Shown piece by piece: positions 54,530-64,000 of a stretch of DNA of 64,000 nucleotides (the first letter of the stretch is position 1; the number at the start of each line of letters is the position of its first letter). Below the pieces are notes generated by a model. That model made no database searches. It saw only the letters and a program-made list of their open reading frames with translations, and had not been told where the DNA came from. The translations under genes were made by a program, and so were the position numbers. The DNA comes from an uncultured Verrucomicrobiae bacterium (lineage in GTDB: Bacteria; Chlamydiota; Chlamydiia; Chlamydiales; Rhabdochlamydiaceae). The stretch covers positions 960,001-1,024,000 of the forward strand of contig OY970364.1 in the NCBI GenBank assembly GCA_963718565.1. Reading direction: 5' to 3'.

Positions 54530-55649
54530 TACTCTAGAAAATTGAAGTCTGGAGAGGATTGAGTTCAATTGTTTGGAAATTGTCGTTAATTCGCTTTTTC
54601 AGCATGTCTTTTAAATTAATAACGCCAGTGTTGAAAAAATCTCTAATTTTCTCAGTAAATTCATTGAATTTTGAATACAGTGTATTATAAGTAACACACT
54701 CTCTCATAACTTTCCATAAACGCTCAATAGCATTCAAATTTGGGGAATACGGAGGTAAGTAGTGTATTTGAATTTTGGTTTGGCTATCCAAATATTTTTG
54801 CACTTCCTTATTCTTGTTTGATCTGCCGTTGTCTAAGATTAAGTGGATTTTTTTTGCATCTGTATTAGCCGCTAACGTTTGGAGAAAATCGACCGCACTT
54901 GCAGCATCCACAGTGCTATATTCCTTCGTCACGACTTGCATTGCAGTCAATTCAATGGCACCAATAAAATGCAATCGCTCTTGCTTAGCGGTTGTTCCTA
55001 ATGTCTTTATTTCGTTTTTTAGGATCCACCCAGCCACAGACTGGCTCTGATACTCAGGGTGTACAGCATCTCCAAAGAAAATTTTCTCGCCTTCTTGGAG
55101 ACCGGCTTTCAATTCATTGTATTTTTTAAGGAACGCAGCTTGTTTTTCGGGATCGAGCTTTCCTGGTACTTTGATTGGATGTTTATAAACAAATCCATGC
55201 CTCTTCAACCAATTTGTCATACCAGCCACAGTGTATTTCACTTGATATGCGTCTAGAACGTAGAGACAAATTTTGCTCATTTTGAGATACGTTATTTGAC
55301 TCAAATGTCTCCTCAGCGCATCTTCTTGGTCTAGGGTTAACTTGGAGGCCTTTCCCAAATGTGGATCATTGATAGTTTTTTGCTTGGCATCGTATTCTCT
55401 TTGATAATCATAAACGGACGACTCGCTAATTCTTAAAATCGCCGCTATTTCCCCTGGACTGTGGCAATCATCCCTACCTAAAATGACGCATACACGGTTC
55501 CGTTCGTTGACATCTCTTGTTTTTTTTACAAGCTGTTCTAAATATAAACGCTGCTCATTGGACAACTTTTGCATAGAAGCATTATCCACTATCGCTGAAA
55601 TATTTTTTAGGGAAATTTAAAATTTTACAGAATCCAATCATGAATAGTA
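54530..55649 (-). mobile_element. IS630-family insertion sequence
   Basis: Imperfect TIR starting TACT; TA duplication; inserted in msrA. Confidence 0.88.
54534..55589 (-). CDS. IS630-family transposase
   Basis: FGDAVHP, ILDNG, LPPYSPNLNAIERLW. Confidence 0.93.
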   Translation of the reverse strand: MDNASMQKLSNEQRLYLEQLVKKTRDVNERNRVCVILGRDDCHSPGEIAAILRISESSVYDYQREYDAKQKTINDPHLGKASKLTLDQEDALRRHLSQITYLKMSKICLYVLDAYQVKYTVAGMTNWLKRHGFVYKHPIKVPGKLDPEKQAAFLKKYNELKAGLQEGEKIFFGDAVHPEYQSQSVAGWILKNEIKTLGTTAKQERLHFIGAIELTAMQVVTKEYSTVDAASAVDFLQTLAANTDAKKIHLILDNGRSNKNKEVQKYLDSQTKIQIHYLPPYSPNLNAIERLWKVMRECVTYNTLYSKFNEFTEKIRDFFNTGVINLKDMLKKRINDNFQTIELNPLQTSIF

Positions 55650-55753
55650 TATCCCGAACTTACAGAAACCACACCTTCGAGCCTATCAAAAACCGGTTCC
55701 ATGCACCAAAAACATGTCCCCGGCAAAGATCGCTTCTTCTGTACGAGGTCCGC

Positions 55754-56635
55754 TCATTTCAGTTTTCTCCCTTCGATCCATAGAGAAAGAATTCCACCCC
55801 CTGTCACCAAAATGATGCCCAGGACTGCCAAAGAGCTGGGTAAGAGGTGGAAAAATAGCCAGTTTAAAAACAGTGTGAATATGATGACGGAATAAAAAAG
55901 AATGCTGACAAGAGTAATCGTAATTCGCTTGGCAGCCAATGTAAAACAGTAAAGGGTCCCAAGGTAACAAGCCCCCATTAAGATCACAAAAATCCAAATA
56001 GAATTTGGCAGTGATTCCCATTTCCACATTAATGGGATGGCAGTAATGATTGTTGCCATTGTCAAAAAATAGAAAAGGATTCTGGGTGCAGACTCTGTAT
56101 AGCTCAATTTACGAATGGAGACCCAAGATAAAGAAGCTGCCACAGCGGATAGAATTCCCCAAATTCCTCCCACATTGAACAGCTGCTTATCCGGTCTTAG
56201 GATCAGCCCGATGCCGATGACACCAAGCGCAATCGCAAACCAGATGCGATGGTTAATCGGAATTTTCAAGATGAAGTAGGCGGCGATGGGTATGAAAAGC
56301 GGCGCGGAATTATTGAGCATCACAGCATCGACAAGTGGAATTGTCTGCAATGAGATGACAAGAAAACAGACAATGCCAAGACCAAAAAGGGTCCGCAATA
56401 AATGCCAAGTGAAATGCTCCGTCTTCAGTTCGTGAATTCGCTTGGTCAAAAGATAAGGAACCAAGCCAATCCAACTGACAAAAAAAGTAAAAAAGAAAAT
56501 CTGAAAAAAGTTAACGCCTTTTTGTTGAGTCCATTTCGCAAGCAAACTATAAAGTGCATAAAAAAAGCCGCTGAGCAAAGTCAATACCGCGCCCTGCAGA
56601 AGTTTTTGTTCTTTGGCTGCTTTTTCTTCGGACAT
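55754..56635 (-). CDS. DMT/EamA family transporter
   Basis: About 10 TM segments; HLLRTLFG, NNSAPLF. Confidence 0.88.
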   Translation of the reverse strand: MSEEKAAKEQKLLQGAVLTLLSGFFYALYSLLAKWTQQKGVNFFQIFFFTFFVSWIGLVPYLLTKRIHELKTEHFTWHLLRTLFGLGIVCFLVISLQTIPLVDAVMLNNSAPLFIPIAAYFILKIPINHRIWFAIALGVIGIGLILRPDKQLFNVGGIWGILSAVAASLSWVSIRKLSYTESAPRILFYFLTMATIITAIPLMWKWESLPNSIWIFVILMGACYLGTLYCFTLAAKRITITLVSILFYSVIIFTLFLNWLFFHLLPSSLAVLGIILVTGGGILSLWIEGRKLK

Positions 56636-56809
56636 GAGGCTATCTCCTTTTTTCGTATGTAAATAAAAAAGAAGAAAAAGGTCAAAGGAAAGCCGATACG
56701 AACCAAGACCAAAAGCATTTATAAAATTCGCGATTGTAGAAAAATTGCTATAAATTGATGATGAAGGAAAACTTAACTCTTCTAACCCGAGTTCTGAAAG
56801 AGGTGTATT

Positions 56810-57817
56810 ATGCAATTGCGCCAACTTGGAAAATCAAACGTTAAAGTTACTCCCATTATTCTTGGAACTTGGGCTATCGGCGGCTGGATGTGGGGCGGGA
56901 CAGATGAGAAAAAATCGATCGAGGCGATTCAAGCCAGTATAGAGAATGGAATCACAACAATCGACACGGCTCCAGCCTACGGGATGGGACTCAGTGAAGA
57001 AATTGTGGGAAAAGCAATTATAGGCAAACGCGATAAAGTCGTCATCGCCACAAAATGCGGCCTGCGTTGGGATGAAAAGGACAAAACCATCCGTTCCCCC
57101 CATCGTGATTTCAAAAAAAATCCTGTCGATATTCGCCGCGATCTCTCTCGTAAAAGCATTTTTTATGAATGCGAGCAAAGCTTAAAACGCATGAATATCG
57201 ATCTGATTGATATTTACCAGATCCATTGGCCAGATCCTCTCATACCGATCGAAGAATCTTGGAATGCAATGGCCGAACTAAAGAAGCAAGGCAAAGTGCG
57301 CGCCATTGGGGTCAGTAACTTCGATCTAGATTTGCTTAAAACAGCCCATGCCATTCATCCTGTTGACAGTATTCAACCTCCCTATAGTTTGATTCGAAAA
57401 GAGATCGAAAAAGACATTATCCCTTTTACCCAGGCCAATCAAATTGCTGTCATTGTTTACTCCTCTTTAGAAAGAGGATTGCTCACAGGAAAGTATAAAC
57501 CCGGTCAAACCTTTCCTGCAGGCGACCACCGCTCAGACAAAAAGACTTTCAAGGCTGAGTATCTTGGTCACCTCAACGAGGTGCTTAATGAAATTAAACC
57601 TATCGCAGGCAAATACAACGTTGCCATTTCACAAGTGATCATCGACTGCACGATTCACCGTCCCGGCATCACTGCCGCCCTTGTCGGCGCACGCGACGCG
57701 CAGCAAGCGAAAGAAAATGCACTTGCCGCAAACCTGAATCTTACGGTTCAGGAACGTGAATTCATCGCAAAGACTCTGTCGCGTCCTGAACTTCAACGCG
57801 GACTGTATGAAGACTAA
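56810..57817 (+). CDS. Aldo/keto reductase
   Basis: LGTWAIGG, IDTAPAYG, YQIHWPD, GKVRAIGVSNF. Confidence 0.93.
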   Translation: MQLRQLGKSNVKVTPIILGTWAIGGWMWGGTDEKKSIEAIQASIENGITTIDTAPAYGMGLSEEIVGKAIIGKRDKVVIATKCGLRWDEKDKTIRSPHRDFKKNPVDIRRDLSRKSIFYECEQSLKRMNIDLIDIYQIHWPDPLIPIEESWNAMAELKKQGKVRAIGVSNFDLDLLKTAHAIHPVDSIQPPYSLIRKEIEKDIIPFTQANQIAVIVYSSLERGLLTGKYKPGQTFPAGDHRSDKKTFKAEYLGHLNEVLNEIKPIAGKYNVAISQVIIDCTIHRPGITAALVGARDAQQAKENALAANLNLTVQEREFIAKTLSRPELQRGLYED

Positions 57818-59171
57818 TCATTGGAAAGCGGAGAAAGGGGACAGGTTTACAGCCTTGCGTGTTGAGCTTGATCGCCCAAACCGCATCTGAAGAGCAGATA
57901 AACAAAATGTTATTGTCTTTACCTCCAAATGTCAGATTTGCAGTTTCTTTGGGAAGCAAGATCTTTCCAATGAGTGTTCCTTGCGAATTCAAGACCTGAA
58001 CACCATCAAGGGCCCCGACATAAATATTTCCCATCGCATCCAAACGCATCCCATCAGGAAATCCTGGAGAAATCACAGCAAATGTGCGCTGATTGCGGAC
58101 TGTTTTTCCATCAGCATTGACATCATAGGCATAGATGGCATGAGGATTCTTCTCATAATAAGTGTGCGGCGCCTGAATTGCAGCGCTATCGATGACATAA
58201 AGGATCTTTTCATCAGGAGAGAAAGCGATGCCATTGGGCATCTTTAAATCGCTGATCACAACTGCCATTTCCTTTGTTTTGGGATCAAAACGATAGACAT
58301 GATTTGGCAAATAACATTCTTGGGGAAACTGAAGACAGCCATAACTAGGATCAGTAAACCAAATGCTCCCATCCGATTTTACGACTAAGTCATTGGGAGA
58401 ATTTAAGGGCTTGCCTTGGTACATTCCCACTAATGTTCTCACGGTCCCATCGCTTTCAGTGATGGAAATTCTTCTGCCCGTTGTTTCCGCTGTCAAAAGC
58501 CGCCCTTGCCAATCTGCAGTCTGTCCATCTGCAATGCTGGAAGGATGGCGAAATACTGCTGGAGCTGACCAAGAAAACGCACTGATTTGGTTGAATGGCT
58601 GAAGGCCATGCCAACGGATCATATTAATATTGTCGTTAATCTGGTCCGTAAAGATCAAAAAACCCGATTCACTCTTTTCCCTATCTGCAAAATAAACGGG
58701 GCCTTCTGTAAAACCAAAGCCTGTGGCAAGAAGTACAAGCTTTGGTTTTTCACCTAAGATCGCGGCAAATTCAGCAGAATACACTTCTAAAGGAAGCTGC
58801 GGCGCAGCATCAAAAGAATAAGACGGAGGATTCTCAACTCCATTCAAAGAAGAAATACACATGAACAAAATAAAATTATAAATCCCTAGAGGGAATTGCA
58901 AAACTCCTCGCCAGCAGAAAATCGATGATTTTGGCACCTGTTGCCAGAACCCGCACAGCGGGTTCGGTTGGCGGCGGCGGAAAGCATACTTGGATAAGTG
59001 GCTGCGAAGACACGAGAAGGTCCGGGGAACCTTCGCAGTGCAAAGCAGGTGAGCGAAGAGCGAACCGGGGCCGAAGGCAGCCGCCGCCAAGGCGACAGGT
59101 GCCAAAAGCGCGATTTTATGCGGCGAGGAGTTTTGCAATTCCCTCCCTAAATACAAAGCTTGTCTCTTCAC
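57762..59171 (-). CDS. SMP-30/gluconolactonase family protein with a MITE in frame in its signal peptide
   Basis: FTEGPV, NSPNDL, PNGIAFSPDE, PDGMRLD; GTG start at 59171 (alternative ATG at 58862). Confidence 0.85.
   Translation of the reverse strand: MKRQALYLGRELQNSSPHKIALLAPVALAAAAFGPGSLFAHLLCTAKVPRTFSCLRSHLSKYAFRRRQPNPLCGFWQQVPKSSIFCWRGVLQFPLGIYNFILFMCISSLNGVENPPSYSFDAAPQLPLEVYSAEFAAILGEKPKLVLLATGFGFTEGPVYFADREKSESGFLIFTDQINDNINMIRWHGLQPFNQISAFSWSAPAVFRHPSSIADGQTADWQGRLLTAETTGRRISITESDGTVRTLVGMYQGKPLNSPNDLVVKSDGSIWFTDPSYGCLQFPQECYLPNHVYRFDPKTKEMAVVISDLKMPNGIAFSPDEKILYVIDSAAIQAPHTYYEKNPHAIYAYDVNADGKTVRNQRTFAVISPGFPDGMRLDAMGNIYVGALDGVQVLNSQGTLIGKILLPKETANLTFGGKDNNILFICSSDAVWAIKLNTQGCKPVPFLRFPMISLHTVRVEVQDATESLR
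58889..59145. mobile_element. Family A MITE, long form, 257 bp
   Basis: Perfect 24-bp TIR; 4-bp TSD CCTA; 261 bp net = 87 codons. Confidence 0.92.
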
Positions 59172-59339
59172 GCCTTCTTAGCCTTAATTAATTCCATATA
59201 AATTTATAAATAAAGAGTAATGATCATAAATACAAGAAAAAATTTAATCTGAAATTATTTAACGACTAACGATAATTAACATGCCAATTTAATTACATTA
59301 TGCTATTGTATAACAATCGTTTTAATTACAGGAGAATAA

Positions 59340-59894
59340 ATGATTAAATCTTTATTTATTTCAACGATTACAACTTTATGTACAATGAGCTCTTTAAACG
59401 CTCAACAAGTCTTTCAAGAAATGCCGCAAGATTTTCATCCCAAGGCCGAGGTTGCTGGATGCTTCATCAGAAATGAAAATCATACACTGTTTTTAAAACG
59501 TCAGTTTGATAAACCTCAAGGAAATACCTGGGCAATCCCTGCGGGAAAATGTGATAACAGTGAAGCTGCCGAGCAGACAGTGATTCGCGAAATCCGAGAA
59601 GAGACCGGCATCGAAACACAGACACAATGCCTCTCTTATCTTGGAAAAGTTTACATTCGGCACTCTACTGGCGACTTTGTCTTTCATGCGTTTGAATACA
59701 ATCTCACTGGCCTGCCTCAAGTCAAGATGAATCCCACGGAACACGTCGAGTATCGATGGGTTACTCTTGAAGAAGCTTTGGAGATGTCGCTGACCCCCGG
59801 AGAAGATGAACTCATCCATTCGGTCTACGGCGTGCAACCGGTTTCCCCAAGTTCCTATTCCTACCACATCACGAACTATACCGAAACAACATGA
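59340..59894 (+). CDS. NUDIX hydrolase
   Basis: Nudix box PAGKCDNSEAAEQTVIREIREETGI. Confidence 0.9.
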   Translation: MIKSLFISTITTLCTMSSLNAQQVFQEMPQDFHPKAEVAGCFIRNENHTLFLKRQFDKPQGNTWAIPAGKCDNSEAAEQTVIREIREETGIETQTQCLSYLGKVYIRHSTGDFVFHAFEYNLTGLPQVKMNPTEHVEYRWVTLEEALEMSLTPGEDELIHSVYGVQPVSPSSYSYHITNYTETT

Positions 59895-60096
59895 AGAATC
59901 GCGCTTTTGGCAAAGCTAGCGCCTTCCCATTACCCATAAATGGGTAATAGCATGGGTTCTGGCAACAGGGTGACAAAATCATCGATTTTCTGCTGGCGAA
60001 GAGTTTTGCAAGGGTGTAAATAAAAGTGTTGAGGCTAGGCATTGAAATAATGCCTAGCCTCAACACTTTTATTTACACCCGTTTTGCAATTCCCTC
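59877..60096. mobile_element. Composite repeat: family C end, family A end and a nested family E hairpin
   Basis: C TIR at 59877; A TIR ending at 60096; 69-bp hairpin 60012-60080 with 9-bp TSD GTTTTGCAA. Confidence 0.85.
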
Positions 60097-60152
60097 TGTA
60101 AAAAAAATCAATAATTTTAGAGAATCATTTCAAAGCGGATGATGGTAAAAGC

Positions 60153-60917
60153 ATGCATGCTTCCTCAAAACCTCTTGTTGTAATTACTGGAACCTCTGCT
60201 GGGATTGGAGCTGCTACAGTGCATCGATTTGCCAAAGAAGGTTTCCGTCTTGCCTTGACAGCAAGACGATTAGACCGTTTGGAACAACTCCGCAAAGAGT
60301 TGAACGGTGAGATTTCTGTCCATGAACTCGACGTTCAGTCTTCAGATGACGTAGAAAACGTCTTTCAACGCATCGAGCAAAAAGAGGGGCCGATAGAAAT
60401 TCTTATCAACAATGCTGGCTGTAGTTTTGGACTCGAACCTGCTTACCAAGGAAAAATTGAAGAATGGGATCAATGTATCGACACCAACATCAAAGGCCTC
60501 CTTTATTGCACACGAGCAGTTCTTCCAACAATGGTCAAGTTGAATAAAGGACACATCATCAATCTAGGGTCTGTCGCAGCACGCTACCCATACCCCGGCG
60601 GCAATGTTTATGGAGGGACAAAGGCGTTTGTCCGGCAGTTTTCCTTCAACTTAAAAGCAGATCTTCTCGGTACAAAAGTCCGTGTCAGTTGCGTAGAACC
60701 TGGACTAGTCGGAGGCACAGAATTTTCGGTAGTGCGCTTTCGCGGTGATGAAACACGCGCAGCCAAAGTCTATGAGCATACAAAACCTTTATCAGCTGAG
60801 GATATTGCTGAAGTGATTTATTTCTGCTGCTCAGTCCCTCCGCATGTCAATATTAATACCGTAGAACTCATGCCCATCTGCCAAGCATCTGCACCACTTG
60901 CAATTCAACGCACATAA
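60153..60917 (+). CDS. SDR oxidoreductase (YdfG-like)
   Basis: TGTSAGIG, INNAG, YGGTK, VEPGLVGGTEFS. Confidence 0.9.
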   Translation: MHASSKPLVVITGTSAGIGAATVHRFAKEGFRLALTARRLDRLEQLRKELNGEISVHELDVQSSDDVENVFQRIEQKEGPIEILINNAGCSFGLEPAYQGKIEEWDQCIDTNIKGLLYCTRAVLPTMVKLNKGHIINLGSVAARYPYPGGNVYGGTKAFVRQFSFNLKADLLGTKVRVSCVEPGLVGGTEFSVVRFRGDETRAAKVYEHTKPLSAEDIAEVIYFCCSVPPHVNINTVELMPICQASAPLAIQRT

Positions 60918-60921
60918 TCAC

Positions 60922-61046
60922 TGGCGGCGGTCTCCTACTTGTCCAAGTATGCTTTCGCCGCCGCCAACCGAATCCGCTGTGCGGGTTTTGGCAACAGGTG
61001 CCAAAATCATCGATTTTCTGCTGGCAAGGAGTTTTGCAATTCCCCC
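60922..61046. repeat. Family A MITE partial copy, inverted
   Basis: Matches the left and internal part of 9254-9435. Confidence 0.85.
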
Positions 61047-61220
61047 GTTCCTCAAAATTTTCTCTCTAAAAAAACATATTGTTAATTTTTACCCAACCTA
61101 CCAAAATCCTCTTAAACTTTTCCTTAACCGAGCCCAGTTAATGCGGTGACACTTTGAAAACAAAAAAACAACTGTGCCAAATCAATTTGAATGGAATCCT
61201 GGTTTTCGTTTAGGGGTAAG

Positions 61221-61568
61221 ATGAAGATTTTACGAATATTGGGTATTGTCGTGGTAGTTGCGGGAGTTGGCTGCATTTTCTTTTCTAATTACATCACCAA
61301 TCAAGTCAATGAAGGAAAAATCAAAATTGAAAAGGGGCAAAAGTCAGTAGACAAGAGCAGCAGTCTCTTTTCTACAACCCCCTATACTAAGCCAATTGGC
61401 AAGGGGATAACTTCTTCAGCGCAAAAGAAGATCAATGCGGGCAAGGAAGAGGTCGCCTATTATGAACAACTCGCCCAGACACTTCAAACCAGCGGAATCG
61501 TCGGGATCATCGTGGGGGCAGGCCTTACGATTTTTAGCTTTTTCGGTCAGAGGAAAAAGAGGCGTTAA
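61221..61568 (+). CDS. Small two-TM hypothetical membrane protein
   Basis: N- and C-terminal TM helices, basic tail. Confidence 0.7.
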   Translation: MKILRILGIVVVVAGVGCIFFSNYITNQVNEGKIKIEKGQKSVDKSSSLFSTTPYTKPIGKGITSSAQKKINAGKEEVAYYEQLAQTLQTSGIVGIIVGAGLTIFSFFGQRKKRR

Positions 61569-61615
61569 GAGAGTGCTTTCAAATTAAAATGATTTGAAGA
61601 CACTCTCTAACCTCA

Positions 61616-62681
61616 TTAGTCATGTAAGTCATCACAATCATTTACCAGAGATACTTCTTTATCCCAAAGTTGCATGCCCTCTTTCAAGTATTGTACCCAA
61701 TCTTTTAACGGAACAAATGAAGAAACATAAGGTTCATTCAAAATAGTTGGACTGAACCCATTTTCACAGAGCAACTTTGAAAGCAAAATAAGATCCGTTC
61801 TTCCTTGCCCATCTCGGAATGGATGAAACCATTCTAGTTTTTGATAAAGACCTGCTATGAGCGTCAATTTTATAATAAATATATAGGTTCTGCCTTTCTA
61901 GTTTGATTTTTGGAAGAGTGTTTTTCAAGAGCGGATTAACCTCTAACTGTTCAATGTATTTCTCAAGGCTTTCAAAATTAGAGCTTAAAAGTGATTCAAA
62001 CTTGAAAAAAATCGAAAGATTTTTACCTGCTTCCTTAAATTCATCTAAAATGCTTACATAAGACAATTCATCACCGTGGTACACTCTAAGCATTCTAAAA
62101 TCGCGAATTGCTTGAGCTTTTTTTGAGAAATTCAGAGAATTTTTGTCTAAAATGACAGCTAAAATATCTGAAACTGAAAATGCTGTTTGTGGCGAAATTT
62201 CTGAAATATTACGGAAAGCACCAGCTTCTTGACTTAACATACCAGTATTATTTTTCTCTCCATTGAAATGGTCGCAAGCGAGCTTATGTAAATCTAAATA
62301 AAAATCAACAGTGACTTTGTTTCCAAGATTTTCTTTAGCAAGGTGAAAAGCTTTTAGTGCACTTGCATAGAATCCAGGTTCCTTAGCAGAATTGTTCCCT
62401 ATTTTATGTAGACCCTGATCAAATACCATTTTCCCAAATGGGTGGTATTTACCATCATAAATTTGCTTCCACCAATTATCGCCAAGAGCAGTAAATCTAT
62501 TCTCAGCGGCCTCTTTTGAAAAAGGATAACCCCATTTACCCTCATGAAGGTTTGTAATATCGTGAACGAGCTTTGAGAATTGTGTTCTACATTTTTGAGA
62601 AGTATGACCCTCCGTGTCATCATTCTTATGCGTTAGCATATTGCAATCAACTTTTCTCATCGCCTGAACAGACATAAACAT
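61616..62681 (-). pseudogene. Fic-domain effector paralog, frameshifted near 61870
   Basis: Shares DGKYH..FDQG..EPGF..LHKLACDHF with 41614-42657; motif HPFRDGQGRTD lies in a second frame. Confidence 0.78.
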
Positions 62682-62691
62682 TTTCCTTTGT

Positions 62692-62863
62692 TATACTGCG
62701 CCCGCTTAGGTTTTGCGAATTTTGACAGACTGCGACTTTGCCAAATCGATCCTTCTCGATCGCCTTGCTATTCAGCAATGGTCTCGCTCGTTCGGCCGCT
62801 TCGCTTCGATTTTGCTTCGTCTCGCAGAGTCAAAATTCGCCAAACCTAAGCGGGCGCAGTATA
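62692..62863. mobile_element. Family B palindromic MITE, 172 bp
   Basis: TIR TATACTGCGCCCGCTTAGGTTT.GCGAATTTTGAC. Confidence 0.9.
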
Positions 62864-62949
62864 GTTTGAAGCAAGTGGGGAAAAATAAGACAGCTTCTAA
62901 GAGCCACTTCCAAAAGTGCACCCAGGCCTTAAGGCCTGGGATCGAAATT

Positions 62950-63579
62950 TCATAAATTAATGGGGGGCCTTCGAATATACCAATAGTTTTTCCCATAATT
63001 ATAACACAACTGGGTTCCTTTTTCAATGCGATGAGTTGCCAAGAAAATTAGATGATAAAAACCATCATAAAAGGCATATACAGGATCCAAATTTGGATGA
63101 AAACTATGATTGATAAAACGTGTTAAATTTCCTTGAGTTGCATCAATCACATAGCTTTTACCGATTTCATCTGGGATAGGGTACTCATAAAGATAATTAT
63201 TTATCGGGTTAAAATACCTTCTTAGGTCATTTTTACGAACGATGCCTGTATATTCACCAACATAGCTTCCTCTATCCAAGTTTTCTTCCAAGAACAAACC
63301 ATGGCCCAATGACTCATTAAGCCATCGGATTGAAACATTAGGAATATATTCCACCTTGATCTTCTGAATGAATCTGCTTCCAAGTTCTTGAGATTCTGCA
63401 CTAACCCCATTACTCTTCCATTTTTCGATTCCTCGTTTTCTAATACTCCTCTGATCCTTTGAAGTTTCGAAGGAAATGCGGGGCAAATATTTGAACTTCA
63501 GAAGCATTTCTAGCTCTTGAACGGCACATGCTTTTCCGTCGAGAAGATATTGGGGTGCTTTGCTCATAAGGAACTCCAA
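62950..63579 (-). CDS. SET-domain protein (chlamydial NUE-like methyltransferase)
   Basis: GHGLF, GEYTG, IDATQGNLTRFINHS, QLCYNYG. Confidence 0.92.
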   Translation of the reverse strand: MEFLMSKAPQYLLDGKACAVQELEMLLKFKYLPRISFETSKDQRSIRKRGIEKWKSNGVSAESQELGSRFIQKIKVEYIPNVSIRWLNESLGHGLFLEENLDRGSYVGEYTGIVRKNDLRRYFNPINNYLYEYPIPDEIGKSYVIDATQGNLTRFINHSFHPNLDPVYAFYDGFYHLIFLATHRIEKGTQLCYNYGKNYWYIRRPPINL

Positions 63580-63617
63580 AGAGGGCTCTTAAGGAGGAAG
63601 AAGGGAATCCAAAGTTT

Positions 63618-63830
63618 TTATTTTTCGTGTTGTGAATTGCGAAAAAATTTAGCTATTTCTTTTTTCGTTACAATCCCTTGAGCTACTTCTAGAATGATTT
63701 CTTGATACTTGGCATCGAAAATTGTAAACCGTTGTTTACAACTCAGAGCAAAGAAAATCATTACTGCCATTGAAGCTGTACGTTTATTACCGTCTACAAA
63801 TGGGTGATAAAGAGAGGCTACTCTTAAACG
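63618..63830 (-). pseudogene. Doc/Fic toxin remnant (3' part)
   Basis: HPFVDGNKRTA motif with no recognisable N-terminus. Confidence 0.65.
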
Positions 63831-63968
63831 TAATAAATTGAAAACGGGAAATGAACGGGTTAAACTCAAATAATACAACATGCTAAATATTAGGCGTTTG
63901 TGACATCCTCAGTTCACCACGCACTCAAATGGGAATGATTTCGATATTTTTTTGCCTCTAAAATTCTA

Positions 63969-64000
63969 GAGGGAATTGCAAAACTCCTCGCCGCATAAAA
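63969..64000. repeat. Family A MITE end, running off the window
   Basis: GAGGGAATTGCAAAACTCCTCGCCGCATAAAA. Confidence 0.85.

Larger units (their letters stand above)
54377..55757 (-). pseudogene. msrA: Peptide methionine sulfoxide reductase MsrA pseudogene
   Basis: Rejoining the IS flanks gives AIFAG/CFWCMEPVFDRLEGVVSVSSGY|TGGVFPDPSYEEVCRGNTGHLEAV; also a frameshift and an internal deletion. Confidence 0.88.

Overview
The window is from an environmental Chlamydiota-type endosymbiont. Support: a chlamydial-type 16S 5' end, an Npt/Tlc nucleotide transporter, a SET-domain protein, a sterol delta-7 reductase and Inc-like proteins. Bases 1-9.1 kb look like the tail of an integrated island, with an AbiE pair, Fic, a Panacea/RelE-like TA pair, a group II intron fragment inside a dead transposase, and putative arm and att sites. 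The most striking block (14.6-17.5 kb) is an AT-rich four-gene operon: a non-carboxylating RuBisCO-like protein coupled to a sugar-phosphate nucleotidyltransferase, a cupin and a glycosyltransferase-like protein. Also present: one rRNA operon (16S-tRNA-Ala-tRNA-Ile-23S-5S, minus strand), a 2H-phosphoesterase/archease fusion coupled to rtcB, full-length IS701 and IS630 elements, several deletion pseudogenes and at least five families of short palindromic MITE-like elements. Three of those elements sit in frame inside protein-coding genes. Product calls come from motif recognition by eye; no database searches were run.
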